This document shows positions 45,721-59,789 of a stretch of DNA of 63,825 nucleotides, one piece after another. The stretch spans positions 52,480,434 through 52,544,258 of the forward strand of contig NC_081354.1 in the NCBI RefSeq assembly GCF_030684315.1, read 5' to 3'. The notes below the pieces were generated by a model that ran no database searches, was not told the origin of the DNA, and saw nothing but the letters and a program-made list of their open reading frames with translations. The position numbers and the translations under genes were made by a program. Within the stretch, counting starts at the first letter, position 1, and each line of letters begins with the position of its first letter. Source of the DNA: Stegostoma tigrinum. Lineage: Eukaryota.

Positions 45721-48700
45721 TGCAACAATAAATCCAGTCTGCCCTCTTAATCAGATGCTCAATTTCCCCCCTACACTTATTTGGGGATATCGGGGTGAGA
45801 TTTCCATTAGCCTGGTTAAGAGTTATACCTTTAACAACTCCATCAATGCAGATAATCTTAATAATTAATTTAATTTTTGGCTGTGGCTGCTATGTGGGAA
45901 AAATTGCCTTAGTCGCTACGCATTAAAATAAACAATTGTCTTTGAAGTGCCCTGGGATGTCCTATGTTCATGAAAATCATAAAATAAATCACTTTGTTGT
46001 TACTTAGTTAGAAATTGACCTACGGATGTGACCAGATGTAATATCACACCATCTGTTAATTTTTTTTGAAACCTATTACATTTAGTAGAAATTATTCTCC
46101 CATTTCAAGAAGTGTATGCATTCACTTATTTTCTTGATTAGCATGGACTCTTATGGTATTCGCTATTTCAAGAATTCTTTTAAAATTCCAGTTACGATGT
46201 AGTTTCTTGCTCGCCAAATGCTAATAGGAGATAGAAGAAACCTCAAATTCCTCCATTGCCAGCACAGTCTGATGCAATTATTTTCAGTTTCACACTTTGG
46301 TTGTTAACTGCTTTAAATCTGTGGAAAGACAATGCAGAATGCACTTTGTCAACAATTTGCGCAATGTCAAAGCATGACTATATGAAGTTTGTTCTCCGTT
46401 TTGTTTGTTTTTTTAAAGTGTCTTGTTCACTTTTCTCTCAGTAGAAAGAGCCAGTTCTCTCCCATTCACACTTTAGTTTACATCCATTTTACATCTCTCT
46501 CTCTACGTCACCAAATTGACAACCTCTGTACTCTGCACTGTCCCTCTACACCATCTTTTCCCCTTCATGCGCACACACCCACTCGCTGCAACCTGCCTCT
46601 GTCAAATGTATTGAAAAGCAAAATATCCCAACTCTCTCAGTTGTGAAAAGAGTCATACTCTTGAAACATTAACTTTATCTCTCCACAGATCTTCTGCCAT
46701 ACCTCCAGAATTTCTTCAGCATTTTGGTCGTTTTGGATTTCCAGTAGCCCAAGTATTTTGCTTTTATTTACACGCAAACATCTGTGTTGCTAGCATTCTC
46801 AAATGCCCTGGTCCACAAATCATTTAAAAATAGAATGCAGTTGATTAGGAAAGCAATTGTAATGTGTCAGTTACTGCAAAGGGAATGGAGAATAAAAGCA
46901 GGGATGCTTTGCTAAATTGTATGGAGTATTCATGAAGGAGTACTGTACAGTTTTACTTAAGAAGGGATGTAAGTGCATTAGAGCAGTGCCTTCTAAATGA
47001 TTTTCTGTTGTCACCTCATTTTGGTGCTTACTGTGACCCATTTTGCTACTCATCATGATGCCCAGGGCTGCATTGTAGAGAAAGACGAATTGTGGGTCTA
47101 TGGGATTGTAAGGGGATGGTGGATCAAGGAACAGGAAGACTCCTGTGACACTGGGTGAGGTAGAACGTATCAGAGTGGATGATGTGGTATTCCAAGGGAG
47201 GGGTGAGACATCACAGCAGGGATAGGAGATGTGGTGAGAGATTTGAGACAGTGGAAGGAGAGGGTGTGGTTGAAGTGTTATAACACCTGACAGTGGAAGA
47301 AGATGTGTGTAGAACGAGGGGTTACCTGCAGTAGGGGATGGGAGTACTGTTAATTTGCAGTATTAGAATAAACTATTCCACAAGGTTTTGCAAGACGGTA
47401 ATCAGGTCTCAAAAATCAGCCAGTTAGGCTATGCTACTAATGACCCCACAGGGGGCACAGCCAATAGTTTGGAAAGACTTGAAGTAGAACTGGTTGTGCA
47501 GTTTTAAAATTGGGGATCTCTCATTGAAGACCAAACTAAGGAGGAATTTTTCTGGCAGTTATGAATCTTTGGAACTGCCTTACCCAGACAATGATAGAGA
47601 GGGGATCATTGATCATAAGGGAATCCAAAATTATCAGTTGAGGCAGGAATGGGAATTTAAGGCCGTAATCAGATCAGCCATGATCTTGTTGAAAGGCAGA
47701 GCCAGCTACAGGAGCAAAATGGCCTACTGATTCTTCTAATTCATATGTTGATTAGGTTGTGATTAAATACTAATCGAGAGTTCTAACTGAATATTTATTT
47801 TCAACCCAAGGATACTGAGGGCAGATCCAGTTCACTAATGGAAAAACAAGGCATCATCTTTTCTGTTGACTGTTATGCAAATACAACTTTGGATCCCAAT
47901 TAACTGAATAGGAGAATAAAGTTTGGCAGAACTGTTCAAGTTCTTGAAATAGAACTAAAGAGTTGGCACCCATACAGTGTCACAAGAATACAGAGTTGAA
48001 GGACCTGACATAGGTCAGAAGACTTGAAAGAAGTGGGAAAAACTGAGACTGGAGAATTTTGAACGCAGTGGATTTTCGTTTGAGGGTCACTCCAAGTTCC
48101 TGAACAAATCGGTGCATCCACTTGCTCAGTCTTGCTCACTTCACCATTGCCCCTGTTACTATTCCGTGTTCATCCACATCATTTTTTTGCTTGACTGTTA
48201 TGTGATGTGGAATTGTCAGGAATGCTTGATATTTTAGTATAACAGAATCTGGCCCAAAACTGCGTTAGCCACAGTGCAGTTCTATATCCACATGCCATTT
48301 ATTCATATACGATCAAAATACTAAAGATATTTGAATTCTGAAATACAGTCAGAAAATGCTGTAAATACTCAGAAGGGTGTGCAGCATCTGGAGACAGAGA
48401 AAGACAGAGTTAACATTTCACTCTGTGCCTGTTCACCACAAAAATTCAGACCAGAAACAATGAACTTTATTACTCAATTCATCCATAGTAGCTGTAGCGA
48501 ACCCGGGACTGAAACAGAGAAACTTCATCCAGATCTTCCTAACATTAAGTAACCAGTTGAAAACAGTTCTAAAGAAGGGTCACTGGACCCAAAACATAAC
48601 TTTTTACTTACAGATGCTGCCAGATCTCGTTAGTTTTTTGACCAATTTATGTTTTTGTTTCTGACTTCTGGCAACTGCAGTTCTTTTTTTAAATTGGAAA

Positions 48701-49017
48701 CAGTATTTGAAAATTGATTTTGGTGACTTTATTGGTTAAATATTTCTAGATTTTAAAAATAATAATTGCATAACCCTTCAGTGCTTTCCTAACGTTGATT
48801 AGAAACTTGCCAAAATAACTGTCCAATATATTTGCTTTTAATTAATTTTTACATTCCATTGCAGAATCAAAGTACTCAATTTTGATAGCTACAGCATCAA
48901 CTTGTATTTATGTGGCACCTTTAAAGTATTAAAACATTCTAAGGCTGTTCACCGGACTGATCATTTAAAAGTAAAACTTGACACCGTGACACCCGGTGCT
49001 AAAAAGCTTTCCAGAAA

Positions 49018-49240
49018 GTGTCAGTATAGAAATGGAAGAGCTCTAACCTACCTCTCAGCAGGAGGCCTGGGTTGAAGTCCTGCTTGCTCCAGATAATAAC
49101 ATCTCTAAACAGGTTGATTAGAGAATACCTATTATAGCTTGAGGTTATTGTGGTACAGTGGTGTCAGGAGGCTCGGGTTCAAGTCCCCACTACTTCAGAG
49201 GTGTGGTAATAACATCTTTGAAAAGGATGATTAAAAAGTA
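49018..49240 (+). mobile_element. Two tandem short tRNA-derived SINEs
   Basis: Each has a B-box (GGTTGAAGTCC, GGTTCAAGTCC) followed by taataacatct...gatta. Confidence 0.6.
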
Positions 49241-49749
49241 TTTAGGAATGGATGATGATGCCAGTTATTTGAATGTGATAAATCAAGAATCTTGAATTTA
49301 TGTCATGTTCTCAGAATGCTCCAGTGATTAATTTTGTGACGTGTTACTGTCATGTAGGCAAAATCAGAGAAGTGAATGGAAATTAAATCTGCATTGGGAA
49401 TATTGGTGGTTGTACAGTTGTTGACTGGAGTACCTATAAGTTAGTCTGCTTATGTAAATAATGCAATAGATTACAAATAGAACTTTTATATCTACTTAAA
49501 CAGCCCACTGTTAGCATTTCAGGCGAAAGACAGCATCTATGATGGTATGCACGTGATCAATACCACACTAAAATGTCAACTTTAGGTTATGTACTCAAGG
49601 TCCCGAAGTGAGACCTGAGCTCATGACCTTCTGCCAAAGAGGCCAGAGTGCTACCAGTGAACCGGACTAATGCTTAAATTAGAAGAGTACTTGAAATCAT
49701 TGCCCCAGTATTGTACTATTCACATAGCGTATCTTCAGTTATAGACTCA

Positions 49750-50250
49750 TAGGGAGCAGCAGCCTGATAGAAGTTTACTAAAATAATGAGAGGTATAGTT
49801 AGAGTTAATGGTAGTTGTCTTTTCCCTAGGGTAGGGGATTTCAAGACTAGGGGGACACATTTTTAAGATGAGAGAGAAATTTTTAAAAAACATGAGGCAA
49901 ATTTTTTTACATAGAGGGTACTTTGCATGTGGAATGAACTTCCTGAGTAAGGGGTGGATGTTGGTACAGTTGCAACATTTGAAAGACATTTGGATAGCTA
50001 CATAGATAGTAGGAACTGCAGATGCTGGAGAATCTGAGATAACAAGGTGTAAACCTGGATGAACACACAGGCCAAGCAGCATCAAAGGAGCAGGAAGGCT
50101 GATGTTTCGGGCCTAGACCCTCCTTCAGAAATGCTTAGATACCTGATTAGGAAAGGTTTGGAGGGATATGGGCCAGGAAGAGGCAGATGGGGCTAGTTTT
50201 GTTTGGGATTATGTTTGGCATAGAATGGTTGAACTGAAAGGTCTGTTTTC
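49750..50250 (+). mobile_element. CR1 3' end with a solo PLE terminal repeat inserted at ~50004-50131
   Basis: CR1 tail motifs (aaaataatgagaggtatag...tttacatagagggt...gaaaggtctgttt) lie on both sides of the PLE repeat. Confidence 0.75.
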
Positions 50251-50567
50251 AGTTGACGCCAGGTAACGAGGAATTATCCATTGCGATAAATTTCCTCCAT
50301 GATGATAAAATAAGCATATGTGAATGAACACCTAAATGCTTTTTAAATTCTTTAAAGTGATCATTTCAGAGAACTCTGGTGATCTCTGTGATGTCATAAC
50401 TGTCCTTGTGACATTGCAGTAGAATACAACTGCATCATGTATCAGTGTGAATCGGCACTGTTACAAGAGGCATCTCATCTTCAAAACTCAGGACAGTACA
50501 AATGCCTAAATGTGCTCTCATCTGGGAACTGCGTTTAGATTATCCTTTCTTTTCTCATTTACCTCAG

Positions 50568-50676
50568 GACGTGAAGCACATGATGACTGGTGGTCCTACC
50601 CTGAAAGAAACCAGAATCATTTCCAGCAGCTATGGCAGCTCCTCTGAGGGAATAATTGAAGCTGAACCATACAGAG
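50568..50676 (+). CDS. ARFIP1: Arfaptin-1 (ARFIP1), second coding exon (109 nt)
   Basis: Acceptor ttttctcatttacctcag. Translates DVKHMMTGGPTLKETRIISSSYGSSSEGIIEAEPYR(G), which aligns to recalled human DLKHSLPSGLGLSETQITSHGFDNTKEGVIEAGAFQG. The phase-0 start fits the upstream donor; GTGATA donor at 50677. Confidence 0.88.
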
Positions 50677-51109
50677 GTGATAGGCTTGGTTTTATTCATT
50701 TCATTTCTTTCTACAATGCAATTTACTTTTCCGTTATTTTTTAAAGTAAGATTTGATATTTTTCTTTGCCATTTGACATATTTATGGTTTGTGGTGAAAT
50801 ATTCTACCATTTTTGAGGAGTTCACAAGTAGCTTGTTTATATGTTAGAATATGAACCAGTGAGACCTTTATCATTCTGATGCTTAAAAATAAATGCTTAG
50901 CACACGCAGTTATCAATGTTAAGATGATTGAAATTCCATCTCTTCATTCTGTCTCACAAAACGTTGTGGATACTTAATTTTTTCTCTTTTCTTTTTCAAT
51001 GCTTGCACTTCTGTGGCTTTCAAATGGCATAAAATGAAAGGCAGCCCTAATTTAGAATGAAAGATGTACTATCCAGATTTCTCACCACAATGGCCAGTCT
51101 GTTCTTTTC

Positions 51110-54100
51110 TGAGGTAGAATCATGTACAACACAAGAAGCCATACAGTCTGTCAGTCTTCTTGGAAAGAGGTGACTGATTATTTCTATTCCCCTCCTGTTT
51201 TTGCCTAACCTGCACCCTAACCCAAACTACACACCTTTACCAAAACTTCAAACCCTGCACTTTTTTCTCCTTCTACCTATCTAATTTCTTTTATTCTGTT
51301 TCCACCACCATATCAAACAGTGTTCCAGATTATAACAACTAGCTATGTAAAATAACCTTTACATTTTGCCTCTTTTTCCAAGCCCAAGTTTGTGTCCTCT
51401 TTTTACTGACATTTTGGGCACTGAAAATAGTTGCTCCTTATTTATGTTGTCAAAAAACTTCGAGTTTGATCTCTAACCAGTCTTCCCTTAACCTTCCCAG
51501 ATTCTCCTCTTGCTCAGGTTAACTGAAATATTCAATTACCCCATTTCCCAATACTGGAGCAGAAATCTAAAGTTGCACAATCCTCTGAGGGTGGGGAAAA
51601 AAAATCTCCTCAGCTCTGTCCTCAGTGTGCCATTCTAATTTTAGAAAAATTCTCCATAGTTGTGGATGACCAACAAGAGGAATCATCCTTTCCACCATCA
51701 CCTTGTCAAGACCATTCAGTATCTAGAGCATTTCAATCAAGTCAGTCTTCATTCTTTTAAACTCCAGTTAAAATTAGCCCAGTCTGCCCCAATTATCCTC
51801 ATAAGCCAATCTGCTCACTTTTTGTATCAATCTAAAAAACCTCCTGTGAATCCCCTCTAGAAATCTGAAATACAAGAGAAAATGCTAGAGAAACTCGGCA
51901 AGTCCGATAGCATCTGTGGAGGGGAATGTATCAAATTCGATATGACATTTGTTCAGAACTCTTATGTTCAATTTCCCTTTTAATGAGGGATAGCATCCCA
52001 TCAGCCTTCTTGATTGTGTACTGTATCTGCTTGCTAACATTTTGTGACTCGTGCACCAGAACATCAAGTCTCCCTGCATCTTTGAATTCTGCTGTTGTTT
52101 TCCATTTAGGTAATACTCTGCTTTTTACATTCTCCTTGTCAAAGTGAACAGCTCCACATTTTTTCCTAATTTTACTTCATCTGCCAGATTTTTGCCCATT
52201 CACTCAACTCTTCTATATTTGTCTGCAACATTTTCATCTGCATCACAACATACTTTCATACCTATTGTCATCTGTGAATTTACCTGCCGTGCTTATGTTC
52301 ATCTTAATTAGGTAATTGAAGTAAAATGTAAAATGTTGAGGTCCCAGCACAGATCCCACTGCTCGTCATATTCTACCAACAGACAAAGACACTTCTTTCA
52401 TACTGTCTGTTTTCTGACAATCTTGTGTCTTTGATAGTTGGTTACCCTACTTTTATTTTCTGCAATAACCTTTGATGAGAAACCTTATGAAATGCCTTCT
52501 GGAAATCCAAGTATAGTATGCCCACAGGCTGTCCTTATCAACACCACAATATCCAAAGCGAATAAGTTAAAGAAACCTGCTTTCCATTTGATCAAAACAT
52601 ACTGAGTCTTCTGATTTACCTTGAATTTTTCAAAGCACACAGCTATAACCTCCTTTTGATCGATTCGTACACCGTCCCCACAACAAACCTCAAGTTGACG
52701 ACTATAATTTCCTGTTTTCCGTCTCCCTTCTTGAATAGAGGGAATACTTACTACTTTTCACCCCAATGGAGCATTTCCTGAATAAGGCAGAATTAACACT
52801 AACACATCTACTCATTAGCAACCTCTTTAAGACCATAAAATGAAAAATAAATGAACCCCAAGCTTGTCAGCTCGCAGCCCCAACATGTTTTTTTGGTGTG
52901 CCTTTCTTTGCGATTGTAATTTTTACTAAACTCCTCTCCTTCCACTTTTAGATTTATAACTATTGCTGGAATGTCTTTTGTATCCTCGATAGTGAAGACA
53001 GAAACCAAATATCATTCATTGCATCTGCCAATTCCTTATCAATCTACTGTTGACTCCCCGTTCTCGCCCTCGAGAGAACCAGCATCTACTTATATTTTTC
53101 CTTTTTAAATAACTGTAGAAATTCTTACTATCTATTTTACATTCCTAGCTGGCTTCCTCTTTATGTTCTGGCTGCTTCCTCCTGATTAGCTGCTGCTTCA
53201 TTTTTTATTATTCTTTATATGCTGATTAATCTAGGTACTCGCTCATCTTTGCGCAGTTGTGTTTTTCTTTAAATACTAATTTATTTAGTTACCCATGAGA
53301 GGTGGGTCCTCCGTTAGAATTTTTCTTTATATTGGGAATATACATATTCTCTGTGTTCTGAAATATTGTTTAAATGTCTGCCTCTGTTTTTCTATTGATT
53401 TCTTGCTTAGCTTAAAAAGCCAGTTCACTTCAGCTTACTCGGCTTTCCTATGCACATAATTGCCCTTACTGGAGCTTAAAATGTTAGTCTTACATCCAAC
53501 CTTTTCCCTTTAAAACTTGAAGAATAACTCAATCATATGGCTGCTGCTATCTTGGGGAGACTTAACTCTGAGGTCATTAATTAATCCTGTCAGATTGCAC
53601 AATACCAAATCAAATGTAACCTGTTCTCTGGGACAGTTTCAAAACATGCTGATCTCAGAAACTATCTCAAGCATTCTATGAACTCTTCATCCAGTCGACT
53701 ACTGACAATCGTTTTTATTCTATTTATTGGAAAATATATGTACCCATGATTATTTTATCATAAGTGCCCAATGTTTCTTTGTCTAGCATTCTGTTTATTG
53801 TTGAGGGCCCACTCTTGCTAACTACTACTTTCCTCTACAATTCTTCAACTCCTTCCAAACAGATCCTACATTCTGCTCTTCTAAACCAAGATCAACCGTA
53901 ACCATTAGGCGAGTGCCATCTTGCTTAACATTACTACCACATATCCTTTACCCAGATTCCTATTTCATTTATGTCATATGCTTTTCATCTTGAAGCTATG
54001 TTTCTGTTGTAACTACCAGATCATAATTTACTTTGTATTCTGTTGTTTTTCTAACATCTGGTCTTGATTGCTGATGTATTTCTTGGTTTTTATCACTGAC

Positions 54101-54700
54101 CCTCTTTGCCCCTACTATTTGCTATAAAATCCTCTCTGCTTCCCTAGTTATGAGATTAGCAAGAACATTGATTCCACCACTGATCAGCTATGGACTGTCC
54201 CAACAGTGCAGCCCCCACTTTTCCCAGTACTGGTGCCAGTGACCCATGGACTGAAATTCACTTCTCCCTCATCAGCATTTCAGCCACATAATTATCTCTC
54301 TAATTTTATGTACCCTACACCAACTTGGACACAACTCAAGGACTAATCCAAAGAAACCTTTGAGATTCTATATTTCAGTTTGGTGCCTAGCTTTGCATAC
54401 TCCCTCGGCAAAACTTCTTTCCTACTTCTCCCTATGTTACTGGTACCTGTATGGAGCACAACTATTGTATCCTCCTCCCACTGCAAGTTCCTTTGCAGCA
54501 CTGAGCAGTAGTCTCAAACACAACCAAAGAGCCTTAGAATCTTGCTGCAGAAAATGCTGTCAATCCGCCACACTATGCTATCACCTACTACATTCCTTGT
54601 TGCTCCCATCACTTGAGTGGCTTCCGCTGTCATGGTGCTGTGGTCAGTTTGCTCATCCACCTTGCAGTTCTCATCGTCATCCATTAATTTTATTTACTTA
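51110..54700 (-). mobile_element. Long, heavily decayed CR1-type LINE region (possibly several fragments)
   Basis: Minus-strand remnants of YLDFQKAF.KV (52475-52515) and SVFTIED (53000), plus a CR1-like 3' end near 51.1-51.8 kb. Confidence 0.6.
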
Positions 54701-55074
54701 ATTACATTATTCACTTGCTTATATTGCCGTTTATATGTTTTATTGGTATACTGTGTGGTGGTAAAGTTATATTAATACTTAAGTTTGGAAGAGACCTTAA
54801 CAACTGACCAGGGACTCACCAGCTTATTTCTGTGTTGTAAAAAAAAACCAGAAATTCTTATCAGCTCCAATGCATCTAGCTTCCTCTCTGACTGCCTGCC
54901 TCATCGCTTAGGGTCATCACCTCACCTGCTCCTCTCTTATGTACTCTGGTTCTTGTCTCCAACGCATGATGTAAAAACAGTCTAAGGATGCAGAGCTTAA
55001 AGTGGCTTAGGTAGTTATGAATGAGTCTTTCATGTGGATGTCACTGTGACTACCCTTTGCCTCACAAATGACAA

Positions 55075-55590
55075 CACCTTCCAGTTGCGAACCATTTCAC
55101 CTCCCCCTCCCACTCCCTGGTTGCAGTGTCCATCCTCGGCCACCTTCAGTGTCAGAATGACGCCACCCACAAACTGGAGGAGCAGCATCTCATATTCCAC
55201 CTCGGGAGCCTACAGCCCGATGGCCTAAACATAGAATTCACCAGTTTTGAAATCTCCCCACCCCCGCCCTCATCCCATGACCAACCCTCCCTCTTATCCC
55301 TGCCTCCTTGCCCTGACACAACCGCCCATCTTCCCTCCCACCTATCTGCTACTCACTGACCAATCCCCACTCCTGCCTACATGCACTCACCCATCAGCAT
55401 CCCATCTACCTTACCCAGCCCCACCCCTCCTCTCTATCTATTTCAGAGCTCCCTTCCCCCTCCCCCATTTCTGAAGATGGGTTCCAACCTGAAACCTCAA
55501 GTTGCCTGCTCCCCTGATGCCACCTGGCCTGCTGTGCTCCTCCAGCTCCACACAGTGTTATCTCTGACTCCAGCATCTGCAGTTCTTACT
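55075..55590 (+). mobile_element. Penelope-like 3' fragment
   Basis: SILGHLQCQNDATHKLEEQHLIFHLGSLQPDGLN; terminal repeat with CTGAAGA...GAAAC. Confidence 0.85.
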
Positions 55591-58500
55591 AATCTTTAAA
55601 AGCAATGAATCGTTTTTATTTACCCCTCCCCTATTTTGATTTCTACTTTCACCATTTTTCTCTGGAAGACAGAAGTAGTTGGGTACTTGATCCAGGATCT
55701 ACAGCAAAGCTACTTTTGACTTGGACACTCACAAGAGCATAAACAGTATGTTCCCCTTCACTTTCCCCACCCTTCCCCATCTTTTCCATTTTTCCATGAT
55801 ACAAATTGTGATCAGAAATATAAAGATAAGGCTACATTTATTCAATATTTGATTTTGTTCATCGCTCAATATTTTAGGTGACTGATTTATGTTCATAGAA
55901 TAAACTTAAATGATAATGCCACTTTGAAACAATGAAAGGAGGCTTTTTTAAATGGCTGACTGCTACTCTTTCATAGCACACAGTAGTCTTCAAAATTTTG
56001 TGTTGCATGGTGCTAAGGTCAGTCTGCAATTGACTTTATTGTACTGGATGTCTTGATGTGACAGACATCAAAATTGTAAAATTGTTCATCTTTCTGTTAA
56101 TATACAAGAACAAATATTACATTGCAATGGTAAATATTGTGCATCCTAGCAACATTATTTGGTTGGCATTGAGATTGTAGCAGATTGTAGCTAAATAGAG
56201 ATTAGACTAGGTAAACAGAAAAAAAATGTAATCAAAGCACAGGATGTCAGTTTCTTTTGGGATGAAAATCATTTTGTACAATATCAAATAGCCATCACAT
56301 TTTTTTCAGTCTTCCTCAGTGAATTGATAAGCTTTTGTCTTTTCAGGGAGACTAAAAAATTTAAATTTGAAAAGCATAAGAGTTTTAATAATTGGGTGTT
56401 CTGAAACCTTTTATTTTCCACTCTTTCATAACCAGCTGCACATCTTAAGCAGATGCCAATAATTTCTTTAAGTCTGGCTTTCTTAATGAAAGGTTCTTCA
56501 ACAGAAGGGTGGGTTCACTGAACGCGTTGGAAACCTCTGTTGTGGTACAGAAGGTATTCATTCTTGAGCATCTACTGTTTCTTTTTTTCAATGTATTTTT
56601 CCAATCATTGGTTATAATGTGAACTTTATGTATTCTTATGGCAAAAAGGACTTGTAGAAAACTGTACTTTTAAAATTTTAATGTATAAACTAATTTAATG
56701 GACATCTGTGACCGTGTGGCTAACCAACATAACATAAATGGAAATAATATTTAAATCAAGCAACTTAACAATAGCATCAATATTTTTAGCAGAAATTACT
56801 GTACCTATAAATGAATTTTAATACTTAAATGATAAATAATAAATGGATTTACTGCCTGAGTATCCACTGTTAACATGTATTCACAAACATTCCTCATTGA
56901 ACGTATTGGAATTGAAACTTAAGGTTGAATGGCATCTTTCAGCTCTATTGCTGTATTCTAAGTCATATTTTGCAGATATTTCAGTAAGACAGCTTTGCAT
57001 ACTTGGGTCATTATTGAATTTGCATAACTTAATACATATTAATGTGGAAGTCTTTGAGTGAGGTGTGAGTTGGAGATCTAGTTCCATCATGCTCTAGGAT
57101 TTCTCTTAATGCTGCATTATGTTTGGGTTGGGTTTTAATTGGCACTGAAATTAACTATTTTATGCACTGGGAGTTGTTGTCTTTTATTGCAAATAATTTC
57201 GTTTTCACTATGTGCTTTAAAAAGAAAAAAAAGTGCTGGATAGAAAGCCCCATATGTCAAAGTGCACAGCATAGTGTGAGTGGACTTCAGGATTAATAGT
57301 AAAATATAAGGTGCGCATTAATAATTCATTTCAGATGCTGTGTTTCAAGTTGAGAATTTCTCACAGGATAAGTTGGTTTAGGCAATACCACGGGAGAGTT
57401 CTGGAGTGAAGTACTTGTGCATCACTTGGCAGCTGAATGAGAAAGATCATTGAAGGTCTGGGGTCAGAATGTCCCTACTTTGTTGTACTATTCTCATAGA
57501 GCTATTTGCATGTGTTAATAGCTGTTGACAATGGGAATCCTTAAGACTTTAGATTTACATTTCCTACTGGATAGAGTTTAATTGCAGACTTTCTGCTCAC
57601 ATTTGTTACATTTCACTGCAATTATCTGGCAAAAGTTAAACTTAAGCAGAATGATTTATTGAAACTGCATTAGGTACCACACTAAATATGAAACTACTGA
57701 ATTTATTCTTCTTACATTGAAATCTGTAAGACGGAATACACTTTCCAATGAAAATAGATTAGATTTTAAATAGACTCAAGAGACCATGCTGTGAAAGTTG
57801 ATCTTTAAACATGCAGAGTTGTTGAAAGATCAACACAGTGACTGTGGGAATCATAGTTTAAAAGTTCAGTTTGAGAGAACTGATGGAAAGTTTTCTTGCT
57901 AGTTTATATAGTCTCTTTGCTAGGGCACTCCTGATTGATACATGGTAAACATCAGGGCTGTCGTAGGTAAATTCCAAGGCTGCTCAATTAAATGACTTGA
58001 TTGATTTACCTGACCTTTGCATGTGCTCAAAGTACACCAGCATCTGAAATGTTAATATATCTGTCTTTCACTTGGTGGGTTTCAAATTTTAAAATAATAT
58101 ACTTGATTTGTGGCATTTTCTAGGGATGACTTACAAGTCTGAAACACTGCATAAAAACATGGAAATGTCTTATCGTGGCTTGATTTGAGATTTTTTTTAA
58201 AAAAGGGCTACAGTTAGCATTTCAATTCTGATTTTCGCCTCCAAATATATTTTGTAAGTAGTAGCAGAGCTGAGTCACACCATTTCAAGAACGGCCCAGC
58301 AAACTATATCTTTTTTAACATTGTTCAGGTTCTTTATAGATGAAACCAAGTTGTATTTGCTGACTGTACTTTAATACTTCCCATCTAAATATTTATCCAG
58401 AAGTTCTATTTCATATTTATAGCATCTTTGCATTTAGCCACCTCAGCAAGTTCAACTATCTTGTACTAGTTTCATGAAGTATTTGGTAAAGCTCTGGAAG

Positions 58501-59789
58501 ATATTGCCAACTTGTACGTAACTTAGAGATTTCTCACACCACTGCCCACAACCAAGCACAACATGAGAAACCTGTATGTTTATTTAATTGAAATGCCATC
58601 ACAAATGGAAGAATGCATCACATTCTGGCAATCTCTCTTAACATTCCTCACTATTTTAAATGTGATTTTATATTCTTACTGTGTCTTCAAACCAGTAGCA
58701 ATTCCGTAGGTATGTCATAATGTGCCAAGTCTTTTTGAAGTAAATTTCAGTCAACTTTGAGTAAACTCTACAGTTGAGTTTTATATATGAATAATTTGTC
58801 AGGATCTACAGAAGTCTGAATTGCTTACAGCCAAATCCTTCAGTTAACACTGCAAGGCATCATTGTAAGCCCATGTAATCTGTCTAGCAAATTTAAGTAT
58901 GAATGTTTAGGTGAAGCAGCATGATTAGAGGACCTGTAATCTTAAAGCTTTGCAGCTATGGAAAAAGGAATTGTATGGTCCCTTGACATTTTTCCATCAT
59001 GCAGTTCAAACATGCCTGTTCTGTATCCAAGTGCTTGTCACTAATGTAAATTGACATTAAACTGAATTCATTTATACTACTGTTCTGCATATTTTTGTTG
59101 CTTTTTACTTTTCACTTGGTTTGTACAATCAAACAAGTGAGGCAAGCTTTGGGTAAAACCACTTTTCACACTTCTGTATTTGGAGAACAAATAAGCCGAG
59201 TGTTGTTCGTACCTTTCAATCTCCCAAGTTACTTCATAGACAGCTAAGTACATGACCATCGGACTTATAGGCGTTTGTAGCATTACTAACGTAAGCAGCA
59301 GTTAAACTGTTTTTGTGGTGTAAATTTCAGGATAAGTTGTTGCCCAGATATTGTTCAAAAGTGGTATGGAAACTCGAGTCCACCTGAATAAAAGGTTAGG
59401 GGAACCTCAGTTTTTACTTATCTGAAAGATATTTGTGTCACTGCAGCATTCTCTCACTCTTCAAGCACATGGAATTCTTTGATTTATGTATTGAAGAATG
59501 TGAAGATGAATATACAACTTTCTAATTCTAAACCATGTTAGTGTGGTACTACTGAATCAAGCTACCATTTGAAAATGAATTTTGAAGTGTAGATTCTTGT
59601 CAGGTGGTTTTCCACAAAGTATTGAGAAGCTTATGCAGTTCTACCCTCTGTGGATGGGTTTTTGTGCCCTGATCTTGATTAGGTTCCTATCATCTCCAAG
59701 TACCTGTTTTGAGCTGACTGAAAGAGGACATCACTGAACATGGTGTGACTAGCAGCCTGGGGAAAGGAGAAATTTCTGTGCTCTTGTTA

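Larger units (their letters stand above)
5235..50567 (+). other. ARFIP1: ARFIP1 intron (~45.3 kb, GT-AG, repeat-rich)
   Basis: Lies between two phase-compatible exons; GT at 5235 and AG at 50566-50567. Confidence 0.8.

Noticed and set aside
50502-50744. 80-aa ORF as a standalone gene
   Set aside because: Only 50568-50676 resembles ARFIP1 and it is bounded by splice sites; the flanks are intronic.
51200-51260. cctaacc/ccctaaccc as a telomeric repeat or telomerase RNA template
   Set aside because: Only one or two degenerate units, inside a decayed LINE tail, with no pseudoknot or H/ACA context.
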